A stretch of 33,706 nucleotides of DNA, taken from NCBI RefSeq assembly GCF_001194135.2, contig NC_068990.1:75742900-75776605 (forward strand), in the 5' to 3' direction. Both the position numbers and the translations under genes were made by a program. This DNA comes from Octopus bimaculoides. Its lineage: Eukaryota. The notes beneath the pieces are model-generated. The model made no database searches, was not told the origin of the DNA, and saw only the letters and a program-made list of their open reading frames with translations. This document shows positions 33,106 through 33,706 of this stretch, in pieces (within the stretch, counting starts at the first letter, position 1; each line of letters begins with the position of its first letter).

Positions 33106-33706
33106 NNNNNNNNNNNNNNNNNNNNNNNNNNNNNNNNNNNNNNNNNNNNNNNNNNNNNNNNNNNNNNNNNNNNNNNNNNNNNNNNNNNNNNNNNNNNNNN
33201 NNNNNNNNNNNNNNNNNNNNNNNNNNNNNNNNNNNNNNNNNNNNNNNNNNNNNNNNNNNNNNNNNNNNNNNNNNNNNNNNNNNNNNNNNNNNNNNNNNNN
33301 NNNNNNNNNNNNNNNNNNNNNNNNNNNNNNNNNNNNNNNNNNNNNNNNNNNNNNNNNNNNNNNNNNNNNNNNNNNNNNNGCATGTGTGTGTGTGTGTGTG
33401 TGTGTATGTGTGTGTGGGTGTGTGTACGCATGTAAAAATGCATTTATGTATTTGCGATGATATTTACGCGGAAAAACTTGAATACGTTTATTTTTGATAT
33501 TCGTATATTCTGCACTTATACATATATCTGCGCGTGCATGTGTGTATGAGTGTATATGTTCGAATATACATATACATATGCTCTTGCAAATGTATATCTA
33601 TTGCATGCATGTATTCTACTTATTTTAAACATACGAATATATGTGTTTATTTGCGCGCATATATGTGTGTGTGTGTGTGTGTATACATATATATATACAT
33701 ATATAT

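Noticed and set aside
920-33460. Most ORFs in the supplied track (poly-X, YIYI, HTHT, CVCV, MYV strings)
   Set aside because: They are translations of N gaps and dinucleotide or tetranucleotide microsatellites; no coding signal.

Overview
AT-rich, gap-ridden (about 6 kb of N) animal genomic DNA dominated by microsatellites and short interspersed repeats. The repeat families look like those of an octopus or other coleoid draft assembly; this is my recognition, not a database result. No complete protein-coding gene can be supported, and almost all ORFs in the track are microsatellite or N-run artefacts. Supported content: about 20 copies or fragments of at least four tRNA-derived SINE families (labelled A-D here), 3' fragments of an RTE LINE and an R4/Dong LINE, a hAT MITE, a mariner MITE and two foldback inverted repeats. 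Two well-signalled minus-strand candidate exons (22003-21951, 9540-9413) suggest the window is largely intronic. Most notable: (1) a tRNA-headed SINE-like element carrying a complete minimal type I hammerhead ribozyme of the Penelope-like-element kind (26756-26801), plus a second, variant-core hammerhead at 1-35; (2) a full-length 5S rRNA head fused to a SINE-A tail, inserted as one unit with a 7-bp target-site duplication inside a hAT MITE (8958-9203); (3) a 32-bp-stem pri-miRNA-like hairpin with basal UG and CNNC motifs on the minus strand (24706-24778).
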